Positions 49,642 to 59,559 of a stretch of 64,000 nucleotides of DNA are shown piece after piece (positions within the stretch are counted from its first letter, which is position 1; each line of letters starts with the position of its first letter). The stretch is from sequence record CP054387.1; one strand, given 5' to 3'. The translations under genes were made by a program, and so were the position numbers. This stretch comes from Escherichia phage CMS-2020a. A model generated the notes under the pieces. That model made no database searches, had not been told where the DNA came from, and saw only the letters and a program-made list of their open reading frames with translations.

Positions 49642-49801
49642 GTAAGTCTCCTTCTGTTTAGTTGCATTTGCGTTTCGATGGCTACATTTTGACTAAACCT
49701 ATCAGGCGGAAAAGTATTAAATACAGGCAGGAAATGATTGAAAGGCGACTGTTCTTTAAAAGAAAGCCTGCTTCAAACTCTCTTTAAAGCAGGCTTTTGT
49801 T

Positions 49802-50359
49802 TTACACAATTTCAGAGGGTAATTTAAAAAATCCGTATTTATTACGTGCCTTAAAGAAGCATTGCATCATTAAGTTTGTGTCATATAAGGCACTATGTGC
49901 TTTGGCATGATCGTATATAAAGCCAAGAGAGAAGGCCAATTCTTCAAGGCGAGGACGTTTACCGTCTTCTGTGGCCCACAATCCCGATAACATAGTATCT
50001 ATAACGGGAACGTCTGGCAGTCTTACTCCATACCCTGAAAACTCGTGTCTAATAAATGGTATATCAAACGCTTCGCCGTTATGAGCAACCCACGCACTAC
50101 ATGCCTCCATATAAGCGCCAATTTCGCTAGCATGATTTGACAACAAAGGTTCAGCTGCGAGCTGTTCTAATGAAATGCCATGAACGGCTTGAGCTTTCGG
50201 ATCTATGTTTCTGCGAGGGTTAAAACGCATCTCCAGACTATCAATATGTCTCTGTGTCTCCAGTTCATAGCGGGTAATTGCGATTTCAATAATTTTATGA
50301 CCAGCAAGGAAATCCAGTCCCGTAGACTCGATATCGATGCCTGCAACAATCGTTGTCAT
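49802..50359 (-). CDS. DnaQ-like 3'-5' exonuclease (DEDDh)
   Basis: Exo I GIDIESTG, Exo II HNGEAFDIPF, Exo III HSALYD. Confidence 0.75.
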   Translation of the reverse strand: MTTIVAGIDIESTGLDFLAGHKIIEIAITRYELETQRHIDSLEMRFNPRRNIDPKAQAVHGISLEQLAAEPLLSNHASEIGAYMEACSAWVAHNGEAFDIPFIRHEFSGYGVRLPDVPVIDTMLSGLWATEDGKRPRLEELAFSLGFIYDHAKAHSALYDTNLMMQCFFKARNKYGFFKLPSEIV

Positions 50360-50368
50360 CAGAACTCC

Positions 50369-50788
50369 TTACAACTTCTTAGCGCCCTTAAGTAGTGCGC
50401 TACGTACAAATTGAGCCGCTTTTTTCAAAGTTTCTTCACTGGTTTCACAGACAATCGGATCTTTCCACTTACCTGACGCAGTGTTGAGAATATTGATTTG
50501 GTTGCTATCCAGACAAACAGAGATATAAAGCACCGTGCCACCAGCCAGCATCAAATGCATAGGAAACAGAGGCTTTTTACTGTCTTCACTGAACTGAGAC
50601 ATGGCGATGTTAATGGCTTCACCTACTTGTGCGCCAACAAGCCCCTGCGCAGTTTCGAATATGGCACGAATAGCCAGACGAGCCTCTCGATCGCTCATAA
50701 GCGACCGGGAATGTTCGTCCGCTACACGAATCAAAGCCTCTGTTGTTTTCCGATCCAGTTCATCTTCAAGCAACATTTCACTAAACAT
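50369..50788 (-). CDS. hypothetical protein
   Basis: 139-aa ORF. Confidence 0.4.
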   Translation of the reverse strand: MFSEMLLEDELDRKTTEALIRVADEHSRSLMSDREARLAIRAIFETAQGLVGAQVGEAINIAMSQFSEDSKKPLFPMHLMLAGGTVLYISVCLDSNQINILNTASGKWKDPIVCETSEETLKKAAQFVRSALLKGAKKL

Positions 50789-50849
50789 TTTTTATCCTTA
50801 ACCCATTTTGAGAGTTTTATTGTCGCAATGTCGAAGAGGCGAACAATTT

Positions 50850-51494
50850 CTAATGAACGGTCACTCGACCACAGAACCGGTTTTCTATCTTTTCTACAGC
50901 GTTATCTAGCATTCTCATCACTGATCTGGCTCTTGCTTCAACCGTGCGATATCGGTTGGAAACGACGAAGGTTTGCAGATCCCCCCTTTGCGGATGCAGG
51001 TGAATTTTTGTCAGTTCCCCGCACATCAACGCATCAATACGAGCGACATACAGACGGTCTAATGATGCTCGTTGTGATCGCAAGTAATCTCGCTCTGAGA
51101 GAGCGACTCCCGGGCGTAGGCCAGCAATGGCGTTAAAGTTTGAAATAGCAGTTTTGTGGCAAAACTTTTCGATATCGAGGGCTAACTCAATACATCGATC
51201 TTCATTGGTATGGCCGACCAAATCCAACGTGTAGGCCATAACATCAGCAGGTGTGCGATCGATAACAAAGCCTTCAACACCACGCGTAAGTAGCTCTATA
51301 TGCTTTGCGATTTCCATTTGAATCTGAAGCCGCTCATATAGAGGCATAGACTCACCTACTCGAACACCGAGTCGGCTCATCAAACTTCCGACACCAGCAT
51401 CCACGTAAGGGATTCCGTAATGTTTGTCGATATATTTTGCCAGGGTTGTTTTCCCACTGCCCTGAGCACCAGTGATCCCAATCCGGTAATCCAT
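50850..51494 (-). CDS. P-loop kinase, putative (deoxy)nucleoside monophosphate kinase
   Basis: Walker A GITGAQGSGKTTLAKY; sits within the nucleotide-metabolism block. Confidence 0.5.
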   Translation of the reverse strand: MDYRIGITGAQGSGKTTLAKYIDKHYGIPYVDAGVGSLMSRLGVRVGESMPLYERLQIQMEIAKHIELLTRGVEGFVIDRTPADVMAYTLDLVGHTNEDRCIELALDIEKFCHKTAISNFNAIAGLRPGVALSERDYLRSQRASLDRLYVARIDALMCGELTKIHLHPQRGDLQTFVVSNRYRTVEARARSVMRMLDNAVEKIENRFCGRVTVH

Positions 51495-51970
51495 TACGAC
51501 CTTCTGTATACGATCTGCGAAAAGCCAGGCTCTTCCTCGCTGGCTCGTTGGGTAAAAACTGTTTCAACAGGCACAAAGCCTAAATTACGCATCATGCTTG
51601 CCGGGAAGAATGCATCGGCGTTTGGCACATCAACGCCGATGTGGGAGAGCCAAATCTCTTCAACATGCGGCATGAATAGCGAGTAAATTTGTTCCCCGCC
51701 AATCACCCACACAGGCTCTGGTAATCGCAACACATCATCCACACCAGCAGGGTAGAATCCATTTGGTACAAAGCCATGAGAGCGCGTCAAAACGAGGTTA
51801 TGACGCTCTGGAAGAGGGCGTTTGAGACTTTCCATCGTTTTACGCCCCATAACGACAGTGGCGTTTTTGGTGAGTCTCTTAAATAGCTTCAGATCGGTAG
51901 AACAACGCCAGGGCAGTTCGTTCGCTATGCCGATCTCATAGTTACGGCCAACAGCAGCTATCATCTTCAT
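51494..51970 (-). CDS. dihydrofolate reductase
   Basis: 158 aa; IAAVGRNYEIGIANELPW...VVMGRKTMESL matches DHFR signatures. Confidence 0.8.
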   Translation of the reverse strand: MKMIAAVGRNYEIGIANELPWRCSTDLKLFKRLTKNATVVMGRKTMESLKRPLPERHNLVLTRSHGFVPNGFYPAGVDDVLRLPEPVWVIGGEQIYSLFMPHVEEIWLSHIGVDVPNADAFFPASMMRNLGFVPVETVFTQRASEEEPGFSQIVYRRS

Positions 51971-52380
51971 TTGCTCACCTCATAGATGACCGGTCTATGA
52001 TGAGAGTCAGCTAAAGCGGCACGGAGTCGAGGATCGTGCACCAGCGCAGCGATAAGCAGATCGCCTTTATGCTCCGCTAATGTGCGCTTAATATGCTTCT
52101 CATAACTGGTGCCATTCGGTACGAGATGAAGCCAGTCGTAATCAACGCCAAAATCTTTCAGCCATCGTTTAGTGGGCGCTTCAAGAGTTTCAGAGCGGCT
52201 ACTGATAAGCACCACTTCAGCCCCTGAGCGAGCAAAACCACGCAACATACGGCTGGTGGGGAAAATGAGTTCATCACCGGCAATGAGCTGGCCTGCATCC
52301 GTGTCAGGTACAGATTTACGATGGCTGGTATTTGCCAGCACACCTTCAATTTCGCATAAGACATACATACCTCTTGCCAT
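51967..52380 (-). CDS. hypothetical protein
   Basis: Start at ATG 52380 just after the ThyA stop; ORF-track start 52428 overlaps ThyA. Confidence 0.35.
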   Translation of the reverse strand: MARGMYVLCEIEGVLANTSHRKSVPDTDAGQLIAGDELIFPTSRMLRGFARSGAEVVLISSRSETLEAPTKRWLKDFGVDYDWLHLVPNGTSYEKHIKRTLAEHKGDLLIAALVHDPRLRAALADSHHRPVIYEVSK

Positions 52381-52381
52381 A

Positions 52382-53485
52382 TCACACCGCCACTGGAACC
52401 TTGATCCACGGTAGAGGGTCATAGCCAAGAATCAGAATATCGTCCCATTTGAAATCATCCAGCTCAGACCATTCATGAGGGAAAATAACGACCGGATCTG
52501 AATGCTCTGGAGCCTGTCGTTTCATTAGCTCACACACACCTTCCATGTGGTTGTTGTACAAATGCACGTCAAAGCCAAAATGCACAAATGCACCGGCCAT
52601 GTGACCCGTAATCTTCGCGAGAAAATGAGTGAGAATGCCATAGCCAGCAATATTGAATGGCATACCAACAAAAGTGTCTACGCTACGCTGTACGAGGCAG
52701 GAGTTGAGGATGCGTTTGGGGATTCCAAGTTCATCCAGTTCAGTTTCAGTAACACTGCCGTCCATCTCCAGATCGTATAGCATCTTGGTGTAGATAGACT
52801 CATAACCGAAGCGACTGTGTTGAAGACCAATGTCAGTTGCCATCGTTAAACGGGTTTCAAAATCAAGCTCACGACTCCACAAAGAGAAGACAAAGTGGCA
52901 AGGTGGCAGTTTCATATCCTCAAGCTCGCCTACGTTCCATGCGTTAAGCATGATGCGACGATCGGTAGGGTTCGTGCGCAGTGTGTCGACAATACGCTGT
53001 AGCTGATCGATTTCACGGGACAGCACTACGCGATCTTCACTGATACCCAGGTATCCCTCGACTTTGTACCCGCGTTCACGGAAAGTAGCGATCTTGCTCA
53101 GATATTCACTATGGCTCACGATGCGGGTATCTTCCCATCGACGCCACTGCTTACCGTAAACCGGCCCCAAATCGCCATTCTCATCGGCCCATGCATCCCA
53201 AATCTTAACGCCGTTATCCTTAAGAAATTGGATGTTGCCCGTGCCTTTCAGATACCACTCAAGTTCGACAAGCAGTGGCTTAAGATTTACCGCCTTTCCA
53301 GAAATAAGCGGCACAGTCCCACCAGTAAGCATGTAGTAAGAGGGAACGTAGCAGGTGCTTAAAGTACCAGTGCCTGTGCGATCATCAGTCTGCACGCCGC
53401 TTTTAAGCACCGTCTCAATAACTTTTGCATACGATGCGTTTGTTACCTGACCGTTCGTATGCTCACGATTCAAAAGGAGTGACAT
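52382..53485 (-). CDS. thymidylate synthase family protein (ThyA-like, with insertions)
   Basis: DRTGTGTLS, IWDAWAD, GDLGPVYGKQWRRW, LPPCHF (catalytic Cys), VQRSVDTFVGMPFNIAGY; 367 aa is longer than canonical ThyA. Confidence 0.7.
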   Translation of the reverse strand: MSLLLNREHTNGQVTNASYAKVIETVLKSGVQTDDRTGTGTLSTCYVPSYYMLTGGTVPLISGKAVNLKPLLVELEWYLKGTGNIQFLKDNGVKIWDAWADENGDLGPVYGKQWRRWEDTRIVSHSEYLSKIATFRERGYKVEGYLGISEDRVVLSREIDQLQRIVDTLRTNPTDRRIMLNAWNVGELEDMKLPPCHFVFSLWSRELDFETRLTMATDIGLQHSRFGYESIYTKMLYDLEMDGSVTETELDELGIPKRILNSCLVQRSVDTFVGMPFNIAGYGILTHFLAKITGHMAGAFVHFGFDVHLYNNHMEGVCELMKRQAPEHSDPVVIFPHEWSELDDFKWDDILILGYDPLPWIKVPVAV

Positions 53486-53652
53486 AAAACCTCACGAAGA
53501 TAAGTAATCAATTATTTATCACGTGAGTTTACATTCATTGATAAAACAAGACCAGATAGATAAAAAATGGTGGCCATAGGCCACCAAAAAGAATAGTCGT
53601 TCCAGAGTTTTATACGCAAATCAAATATACATTAGTAGATAATCACCTACAA

Positions 53653-54522
53653 TTATTTTTTGATCATTCCGTACATTGCTGAGGCTTTAGCTTGCTCAAC
53701 AAAGGAGGATAAATCGACATCACTATAGGTTGGAGACTTCAGAATCTTTCCATCGGAAATTCGAAAACCGATCATCTTATCGGTGCCATCAGCATGGCGA
53801 AATCCCAGGTCTGAAGAGTCGTATTTGCAGTTGGCCACAGCCTGGCGACGTTCCTCTACATCAGCAGGCCATAATTTTGTCATGTTAGACCGATGAATTT
53901 CGCCAACCAGCTCGACTACATTGATACCGAGGAAATCAGCCAGTCGATAGGTCATCATGCACGCCACATAGATTTTGTTCATGACACGGCGCAGTTCCTG
54001 AATCAGCTCAGAATCCTTAACAGTCTTGTTCTCAAGTTTATCTGCCAGCTCTTCGAGCATACATGACGCCTCACGAGCTTCCTGAAATGGCATTGCCATA
54101 TCATCGAAAACAGTGTTACCGGGCACAAAAATTGTCTGCATAAAGCGATCAATGCTCTGTTCCTGCGTGTAATAGGTCATGCCGGTAGAAATACCACCTT
54201 TGATGGCGACCATCGTACCAACACCAACGTATAAAAAGTCGGCCATTGCATCCAGCAGTTGCTCAATATCCCCATTCATTGCAGCTGGAATACCTTCCAC
54301 TACAGCTTCTTCATGAATCAGGCTTGCACGGAGACGAAGCAGCTCTGGTGTCGGCATAACGCGTCTCGGATGCTGGAAGAGTTCATGAAACTGATCGACC
54401 ATCTTGTAAATACTTTCAGTAGCTACACCATGACCTTCATGCAACTCATATGGTTCTGGCTTAAATCCAATGAGACGATCGGTGGCAAGTTTCAGGTGGT
54501 CAGTCAGTTTGGTAAAGTTCAT
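53653..54522 (-). CDS. hypothetical protein, possibly MazG/HisE-like nucleotide pyrophosphohydrolase
   Basis: All-alpha, EE-rich segments; start at ATG 54522 (RBS AAGGA); weak call. Confidence 0.3.
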   Translation of the reverse strand: MNFTKLTDHLKLATDRLIGFKPEPYELHEGHGVATESIYKMVDQFHELFQHPRRVMPTPELLRLRASLIHEEAVVEGIPAAMNGDIEQLLDAMADFLYVGVGTMVAIKGGISTGMTYYTQEQSIDRFMQTIFVPGNTVFDDMAMPFQEAREASCMLEELADKLENKTVKDSELIQELRRVMNKIYVACMMTYRLADFLGINVVELVGEIHRSNMTKLWPADVEERRQAVANCKYDSSDLGFRHADGTDKMIGFRISDGKILKSPTYSDVDLSSFVEQAKASAMYGMIKK

Positions 54523-54599
54523 GCTAGTTTTGTTCCTTCTTAATTCTTGTGATCCATTGTGGCCCAGCGTTGCCAGGTCACATAATGCTTTGTATCGGT

Positions 54600-55742
54600 T
54601 CACAGGTCTGCAAACTGGCTTAGAGAAGCCTTGTCCACGGTAGAATCGATCTGACCTACCAGATATGTGCTTTGCTCTGCCTCTTGTGGTGCAATTTGCA
54701 GTGTGTCGGTTAACAACCACTTGTTCATCCAGACCAGCGGATCGGTGGTAACCTCTGGAAATAAAGCCTTCAGGCCAAGACGATTCATAGCCAGATTGGT
54801 GCGGTATTTTACATAGGTCTTCAAAATATCCGCGTTTAAACCAATCATCGAACCGTCTTTGAAGAGATACTCGGCCCAGTTCATTTCTTGTTCGGCGACT
54901 GATTTCATGGTGTCGTAAATGACGTTTTCTTCATCAGCAGCAATCTCTTTCCACAATAAACCTTCGCGACCGGTACGCATGAAGCGGATCATGCGTTCAG
55001 TTCCTTCGCAATGCAGAGCTTCATCACGGGCAATAAAGCGCATAATTTTGGTGTTACCCTCAAGCAACTTCCGTTCGCCAAAGGCAAACGTACATGCAAA
55101 ACTTACATAGAAACGGATCGCCTCAAGCGCATTAATGGACACCAACGTGCGGAAAAGCTGACGGTGCAAAGGATATGGCTCCCAGCCATATTCATTTACG
55201 TACAGACGCTCAAATTCCTTCTCGCCTAACGACTGGCGCTCGCAGGTCATCCCATAAAGCCTGTCATATTCAGCAGAGATACTGATCGCTCGGTTGATGA
55301 TTTCTTCATCCGTAACAATACCGTCAAAAACAATGCTCGGATCGTCCACCATGCCACGAATAATGTGGGTGTAGCTGCGGCTATGGATAGTCTCAGAGAA
55401 AGACCATGTTTCAACCCACGTTTCCAGTTCAGGAATAGAGATAAGCGGCAGCAGCGTTGCATTTGGGCTACGTCCCTGAACTGAATCGAGTAACGTTTGA
55501 TAACGGAGATTGCTCAGAAAAATGTGACGTTCGTGGTCCCGCAGCTTCGTGTTGAAGTCGATACGATCGCTCGAAATATCAACTTCTTCCGGCCGCCAGA
55601 AGAAAGACAATTGACGTTCAATCAACTTTTCAAAATCACGGTATTTTTGCTGATCGTAACGTGCCACGTTGACAGATTGTCCGAGGAACATAGGCTCTTT
55701 GGTTGCATCATTAGCACCCAAACGGAACGTTGAATATGACAT
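54600..55742 (-). CDS. nrdB: ribonucleotide reductase class Ia beta subunit
   Basis: Very close to recalled E. coli NrdB (MSYSTFRL...RPEEVD...[15 protein letters not shown]...[13 protein letters not shown]...ARDEALH); start at ATG 55742. Confidence 0.9.
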   Translation of the reverse strand: MSYSTFRLGANDATKEPMFLGQSVNVARYDQQKYRDFEKLIERQLSFFWRPEEVDISSDRIDFNTKLRDHERHIFLSNLRYQTLLDSVQGRSPNATLLPLISIPELETWVETWSFSETIHSRSYTHIIRGMVDDPSIVFDGIVTDEEIINRAISISAEYDRLYGMTCERQSLGEKEFERLYVNEYGWEPYPLHRQLFRTLVSINALEAIRFYVSFACTFAFGERKLLEGNTKIMRFIARDEALHCEGTERMIRFMRTGREGLLWKEIAADEENVIYDTMKSVAEQEMNWAEYLFKDGSMIGLNADILKTYVKYRTNLAMNRLGLKALFPEVTTDPLVWMNKWLLTDTLQIAPQEAEQSTYLVGQIDSTVDKASLSQFADL

Positions 55743-55847
55743 GTGTTTTTCCTTTTGCTTTTTGATGTGTTTAAACAAGTTGTTATCCTATTTGTTTAAA
55801 CAAGGCTTACAAATCAAAGAGAAGGTGGGGATACACCCCACCATATG

Positions 55848-58163
55848 TCAGATTTTGCAGGCTCCGTCGCACTCATCTTCTGGCTCGACGGCTACAGCTT
55901 GCGTCAGTGGATTCTGCGGTTCGTCGTCATCACGCTTTCCTGCCCCATCTCTGGTGTTGTGGTAGTAAAGCGTTTTAACTCCCATCTTGTAGGCGAGAAG
56001 CAAATCTGACAGTAGCGTCATCATTGGGACTTTATCGCCTTCAAAGCGAGAAGGGTCATAGTTGGTATTGGCCGAAATAGCCTGGTCAAAGAACTTCTGG
56101 ATGATCGCCACCTTTGTCAGATAGCCGCGGTTGTCCGGCATATCCCACAGGTATTCATACTGTTCCTTCAGTTTTTCAATCTCAGGCACGACCATCTTAA
56201 CGATGCCGTCCTTAGAAGATTTCACCGACACCGGTCCACGAGGCGGTTCGATGCCGTTTGTGGAATTAGTGATCTGGCTGGAAGTCTCGCATGGCATTTG
56301 TGCCGTCAGTGTGGAGTTGCGAAGACCGTATTTTGCAATACGTTCACGCAGTTCTTCCCACGGCATCTTTAACTCAAAGTTGGTTTCGCCACTTTCGTCT
56401 AATGAAGAACGGTAATGGTCGATCGGCAACTGACCAATTGCGTACTTGGTCTGCTCAAACCAGTCACACTCACCTTTTGCTTCAGCAAGTTGGCAGCTGG
56501 CATCAAGAAGGTAATACTGGATAGCTTCGAACGTTTCATGCACCAGTTTATTACCAGCGGTATCAGAATAACGAATGCCATTCTTTGCCAGGTAATAAGC
56601 AAAGTTGGTTACACCGATCCCCAGGCTACGACGAGCTTTGGCAGGCACTTCGGCTGCCTCCATCGGATAGTCTTGATAATCCAGTAACGAATCCAGTGCA
56701 GCAACGGCATAGAACGCCACCTCTTTAAGAGACTCCAGTGAACGGATGGCTCCGAGGTTAAAAGCGGATAAAGTGCATAGCGCGATCTCACCGTTCGGGT
56801 CGTCGGTAAATGCCAGTGGACGGGTAGGTAGGGTGATCTCCATACACAGGTTTGACTGGCGGACAGGTGCAAGAGCAGGAATGAAAGCGCCATGCTCATT
56901 AATATGATCGACGTTCGCAATATAAATTCGGCCCGTGGACGCTCGTTCCTGCATCAGAGATGAGAACAGCTCAATGGCAGGTACTGACTTCTTGCGAATT
57001 GAATCATCGGCTTCGTATTTATGGTACAGCTTTTCAAACAGCTCCTGGTCTGTGAAGAAGGCTTCGTACATATCAGGCACATCATGCGGGCTGAACAGAG
57101 TGATGTTCTCGCTTCTGACGAGTCGACGGTACATTAGACGGTTACTCATGACGCCGTAATCAAGATGGCGAACGCGGTTTTCATCAATACCACGGTTATT
57201 TTTCACCACCAGCAGACTTTCAACTTCAAGATGCCAGATCGGGTAAAACGCTGTTGCTGCGCCACCACGAACACCACCTTGCGAACAAGATTTAACAGCC
57301 GTCTGGAAATGCTTCAGGAATGGAATAACTCCGGTATGGGTGGCTTCACCATTGCGGATCTCGCTGCCCAGCGCACGGATACGGCCAAAACCAATACCAA
57401 TTCCAGCACGACGTGAAACGTAGTCGATAATTGCGGCTGAAGCTGCACTAATCCCTTTCAGACTATCGCCAGACTCAATCAGCACACAACTGGAGAACTG
57501 ACGGGTTGGAGTACGGACGCCGGCCATGATTGGTGTGGGCAGAGACAGTTTGAACGTACTTGTAACGTCATAGAAACCTTTGACCATCTCCATACGTGTT
57601 TTGCCAGCGCAGTCGTCTTCCCAATTCTGGAACAGACACATGCCTACCAGCATATAGATATGTTGCGGCCCCTCATGAATCTCACCAGTAACACGGTTTT
57701 GAACGAGGTATTTGCTTTGCAACTGCACCGTAGCTGCATAGCCAAAAAGATCGTCACGTTTCGGCTTAATGTAATTACCGAGTTCTTCGATCTCTTCAAA
57801 CGAATAATGTGTCAGCAAATCCTTGTCATAAACGCCCTTGTTAACGTTCTTGACAATGTGTTGGTAGAAGTTCGGATAGTCGTAACGACCGAAGGCATCT
57901 TTGCGGATTTTAAAAATGTTCAGGCGGGCAGCCACCTGTGAGTAATTTGGTGCTTCTGGTGAGATCAAATCAGCGGCAGATTTAACCAAAGCCTCATGCA
58001 ACTGGCTGGTGGTCATCCCATCAAAAATGCTGGCCGCAGCTCCCATTGCTACAGCGGATGCGCTTACACCACGAATGCCTTCTACGCCATACATTACGAC
58101 GCGGTTGTATTTTTCTTCGGATAACGGCTCTGTTTGGCCGTTACGTTTTACGATGCTTATCAT
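55848..58163 (-). CDS. nrdA: ribonucleotide reductase class Ia alpha subunit
   Basis: 771 aa; SLPTPIMAGVRTPTRQFSSCVLIE and AVKSCSQGGVRGGAATAFYPIWHLEVESLLV match NrdA active-site regions; C-terminal Cys pair. Confidence 0.9.
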   Translation of the reverse strand: MISIVKRNGQTEPLSEEKYNRVVMYGVEGIRGVSASAVAMGAAASIFDGMTTSQLHEALVKSAADLISPEAPNYSQVAARLNIFKIRKDAFGRYDYPNFYQHIVKNVNKGVYDKDLLTHYSFEEIEELGNYIKPKRDDLFGYAATVQLQSKYLVQNRVTGEIHEGPQHIYMLVGMCLFQNWEDDCAGKTRMEMVKGFYDVTSTFKLSLPTPIMAGVRTPTRQFSSCVLIESGDSLKGISAASAAIIDYVSRRAGIGIGFGRIRALGSEIRNGEATHTGVIPFLKHFQTAVKSCSQGGVRGGAATAFYPIWHLEVESLLVVKNNRGIDENRVRHLDYGVMSNRLMYRRLVRSENITLFSPHDVPDMYEAFFTDQELFEKLYHKYEADDSIRKKSVPAIELFSSLMQERASTGRIYIANVDHINEHGAFIPALAPVRQSNLCMEITLPTRPLAFTDDPNGEIALCTLSAFNLGAIRSLESLKEVAFYAVAALDSLLDYQDYPMEAAEVPAKARRSLGIGVTNFAYYLAKNGIRYSDTAGNKLVHETFEAIQYYLLDASCQLAEAKGECDWFEQTKYAIGQLPIDHYRSSLDESGETNFELKMPWEELRERIAKYGLRNSTLTAQMPCETSSQITNSTNGIEPPRGPVSVKSSKDGIVKMVVPEIEKLKEQYEYLWDMPDNRGYLTKVAIIQKFFDQAISANTNYDPSRFEGDKVPMMTLLSDLLLAYKMGVKTLYYHNTRDGAGKRDDDEPQNPLTQAVAVEPEDECDGACKI

Positions 58164-58236
58164 GTATCACCAAATAAAGAGGGCCACTAAATATAGTGGC
58201 CCATGTTAATAGATAAGCACTTACCTATCAATGAAA

Positions 58237-58806
58237 TCAAATGAGAGACTTAAGAACATCGCGCACCTGGCGGAACTGATCTGTTTGCATACCGGTATGG
58301 ATGGCAGCCACCGCATCAGCCAAATGTTCGTTTTTGTTCACGAGAACATCCTGTCCAGATTGCTTACGACGCAGCCACGGTGCTTTAGAGTGTTTTTTCG
58401 TAGCCCACTGGATAATCTCTTCTTTCGATGTAGTAAGTTTATTGCCGACAAAATGCTTGATTTCGTTTGGAGTAACCTGGATCAATGGCTTATCCACACA
58501 CGCAAGTACACCGATACAAATACCGTAAGACGTCTGCGAACGAGAGTTTTGGCTCCCAACCGGTAGCTCACAAAAAACCATATTTGCCTTATCAATGATT
58601 GGCTTCGCAACACGCCATATTTCACTGGCTCGGCGCAGATCGTCACTGTTCACACGAACGGTCTTTTTGTTACTCCCCGCTTTAGTCTCAACAAGAGTAA
58701 GGTCGTGAATCTCAAGTTCGTCCGTTTCAAGGTCTAAAGTGCCCACAGCAAGCCCAAAGTTGCTCATTGAGGGATCAACACCAACTACGCTGATTTTTTT
58801 ACTCAT
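58237..58806 (-). CDS. RuvC-like Holliday junction resolvase (putative)
   Basis: N-terminal ISVVGVDPSMSNFGLAVG resembles RuvC-fold nucleases; acidic residues downstream. Confidence 0.4.
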   Translation of the reverse strand: MSKKISVVGVDPSMSNFGLAVGTLDLETDELEIHDLTLVETKAGSNKKTVRVNSDDLRRASEIWRVAKPIIDKANMVFCELPVGSQNSRSQTSYGICIGVLACVDKPLIQVTPNEIKHFVGNKLTTSKEEIIQWATKKHSKAPWLRRKQSGQDVLVNKNEHLADAVAAIHTGMQTDQFRQVRDVLKSLI

Positions 58807-58815
58807 ATAGTCTCC

Positions 58816-59559
58816 TTACCATGTTCCCCATATAGGGTTTTCCAATAATCTCGCCTCCAACGAATTGGTTACTATTGCCGTTTGCAACGTTGGTTGGGGA
58901 GAGTTTGCAAAGTCTGAATACTCATTTTCCTGCGTGACACGTTTATCTACGGCATGTTTAACGCCACTTGCTATGAAATGACGCATGATGCCCAACAGCC
59001 TCCGACTGTCTGCACTATCGTTTGCTAAAACATGCGGGAGCTGAAGTTCGATTTCTACCATTTCTCCATACTTACCAACAAACTGTAGTTTGTCCGCACT
59101 GTACTTTTTATCCCTCCTTTGGATAAGGAAACCAGTAAAAGCATCACCTGGCGATGCCAAACTATCCACCCGCTTATTGGCAAGTCGAATAAGGTTGGTG
59201 AAAGCCATACAGTGATGCGCACCCATTCCCCCAAAGAACCCTTCGCTATTAATGTTAAGATCTTCATTTTCATGGGATGCAATAAACCCAGGCCCGACGT
59301 TGGGAAGATATCCCCCCTCAACAAAAGGATTAATCAGGATCGGCGCAATACATCCAGGTGGTAGTGATTTCAAACTTTGCATCAATGGCGTCTCGGATAT
59401 TAGACCAAGCAACGCGGCAAATTGTACTCCGTCAATATTGTTGCTGCCCCACAGAATACGTGGAGCCGCACCATTGGAAGTATGCCCATTGATCAGTTTT
59501 ATCGACTGCATCACTGCAAATACCTGCAAAAACTGCGAGCGGCTTAATTTAAACGACAT
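58816..59559 (-). CDS. hypothetical protein
   Basis: 247-aa ORF between SbcC-like and RuvC-like genes. Confidence 0.4.
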   Translation of the reverse strand: MSFKLSRSQFLQVFAVMQSIKLINGHTSNGAAPRILWGSNNIDGVQFAALLGLISETPLMQSLKSLPPGCIAPILINPFVEGGYLPNVGPGFIASHENEDLNINSEGFFGGMGAHHCMAFTNLIRLANKRVDSLASPGDAFTGFLIQRRDKKYSADKLQFVGKYGEMVEIELQLPHVLANDSADSRRLLGIMRHFIASGVKHAVDKRVTQENEYSDFANSPQPTLQTAIVTNSLEARLLENPIWGTW

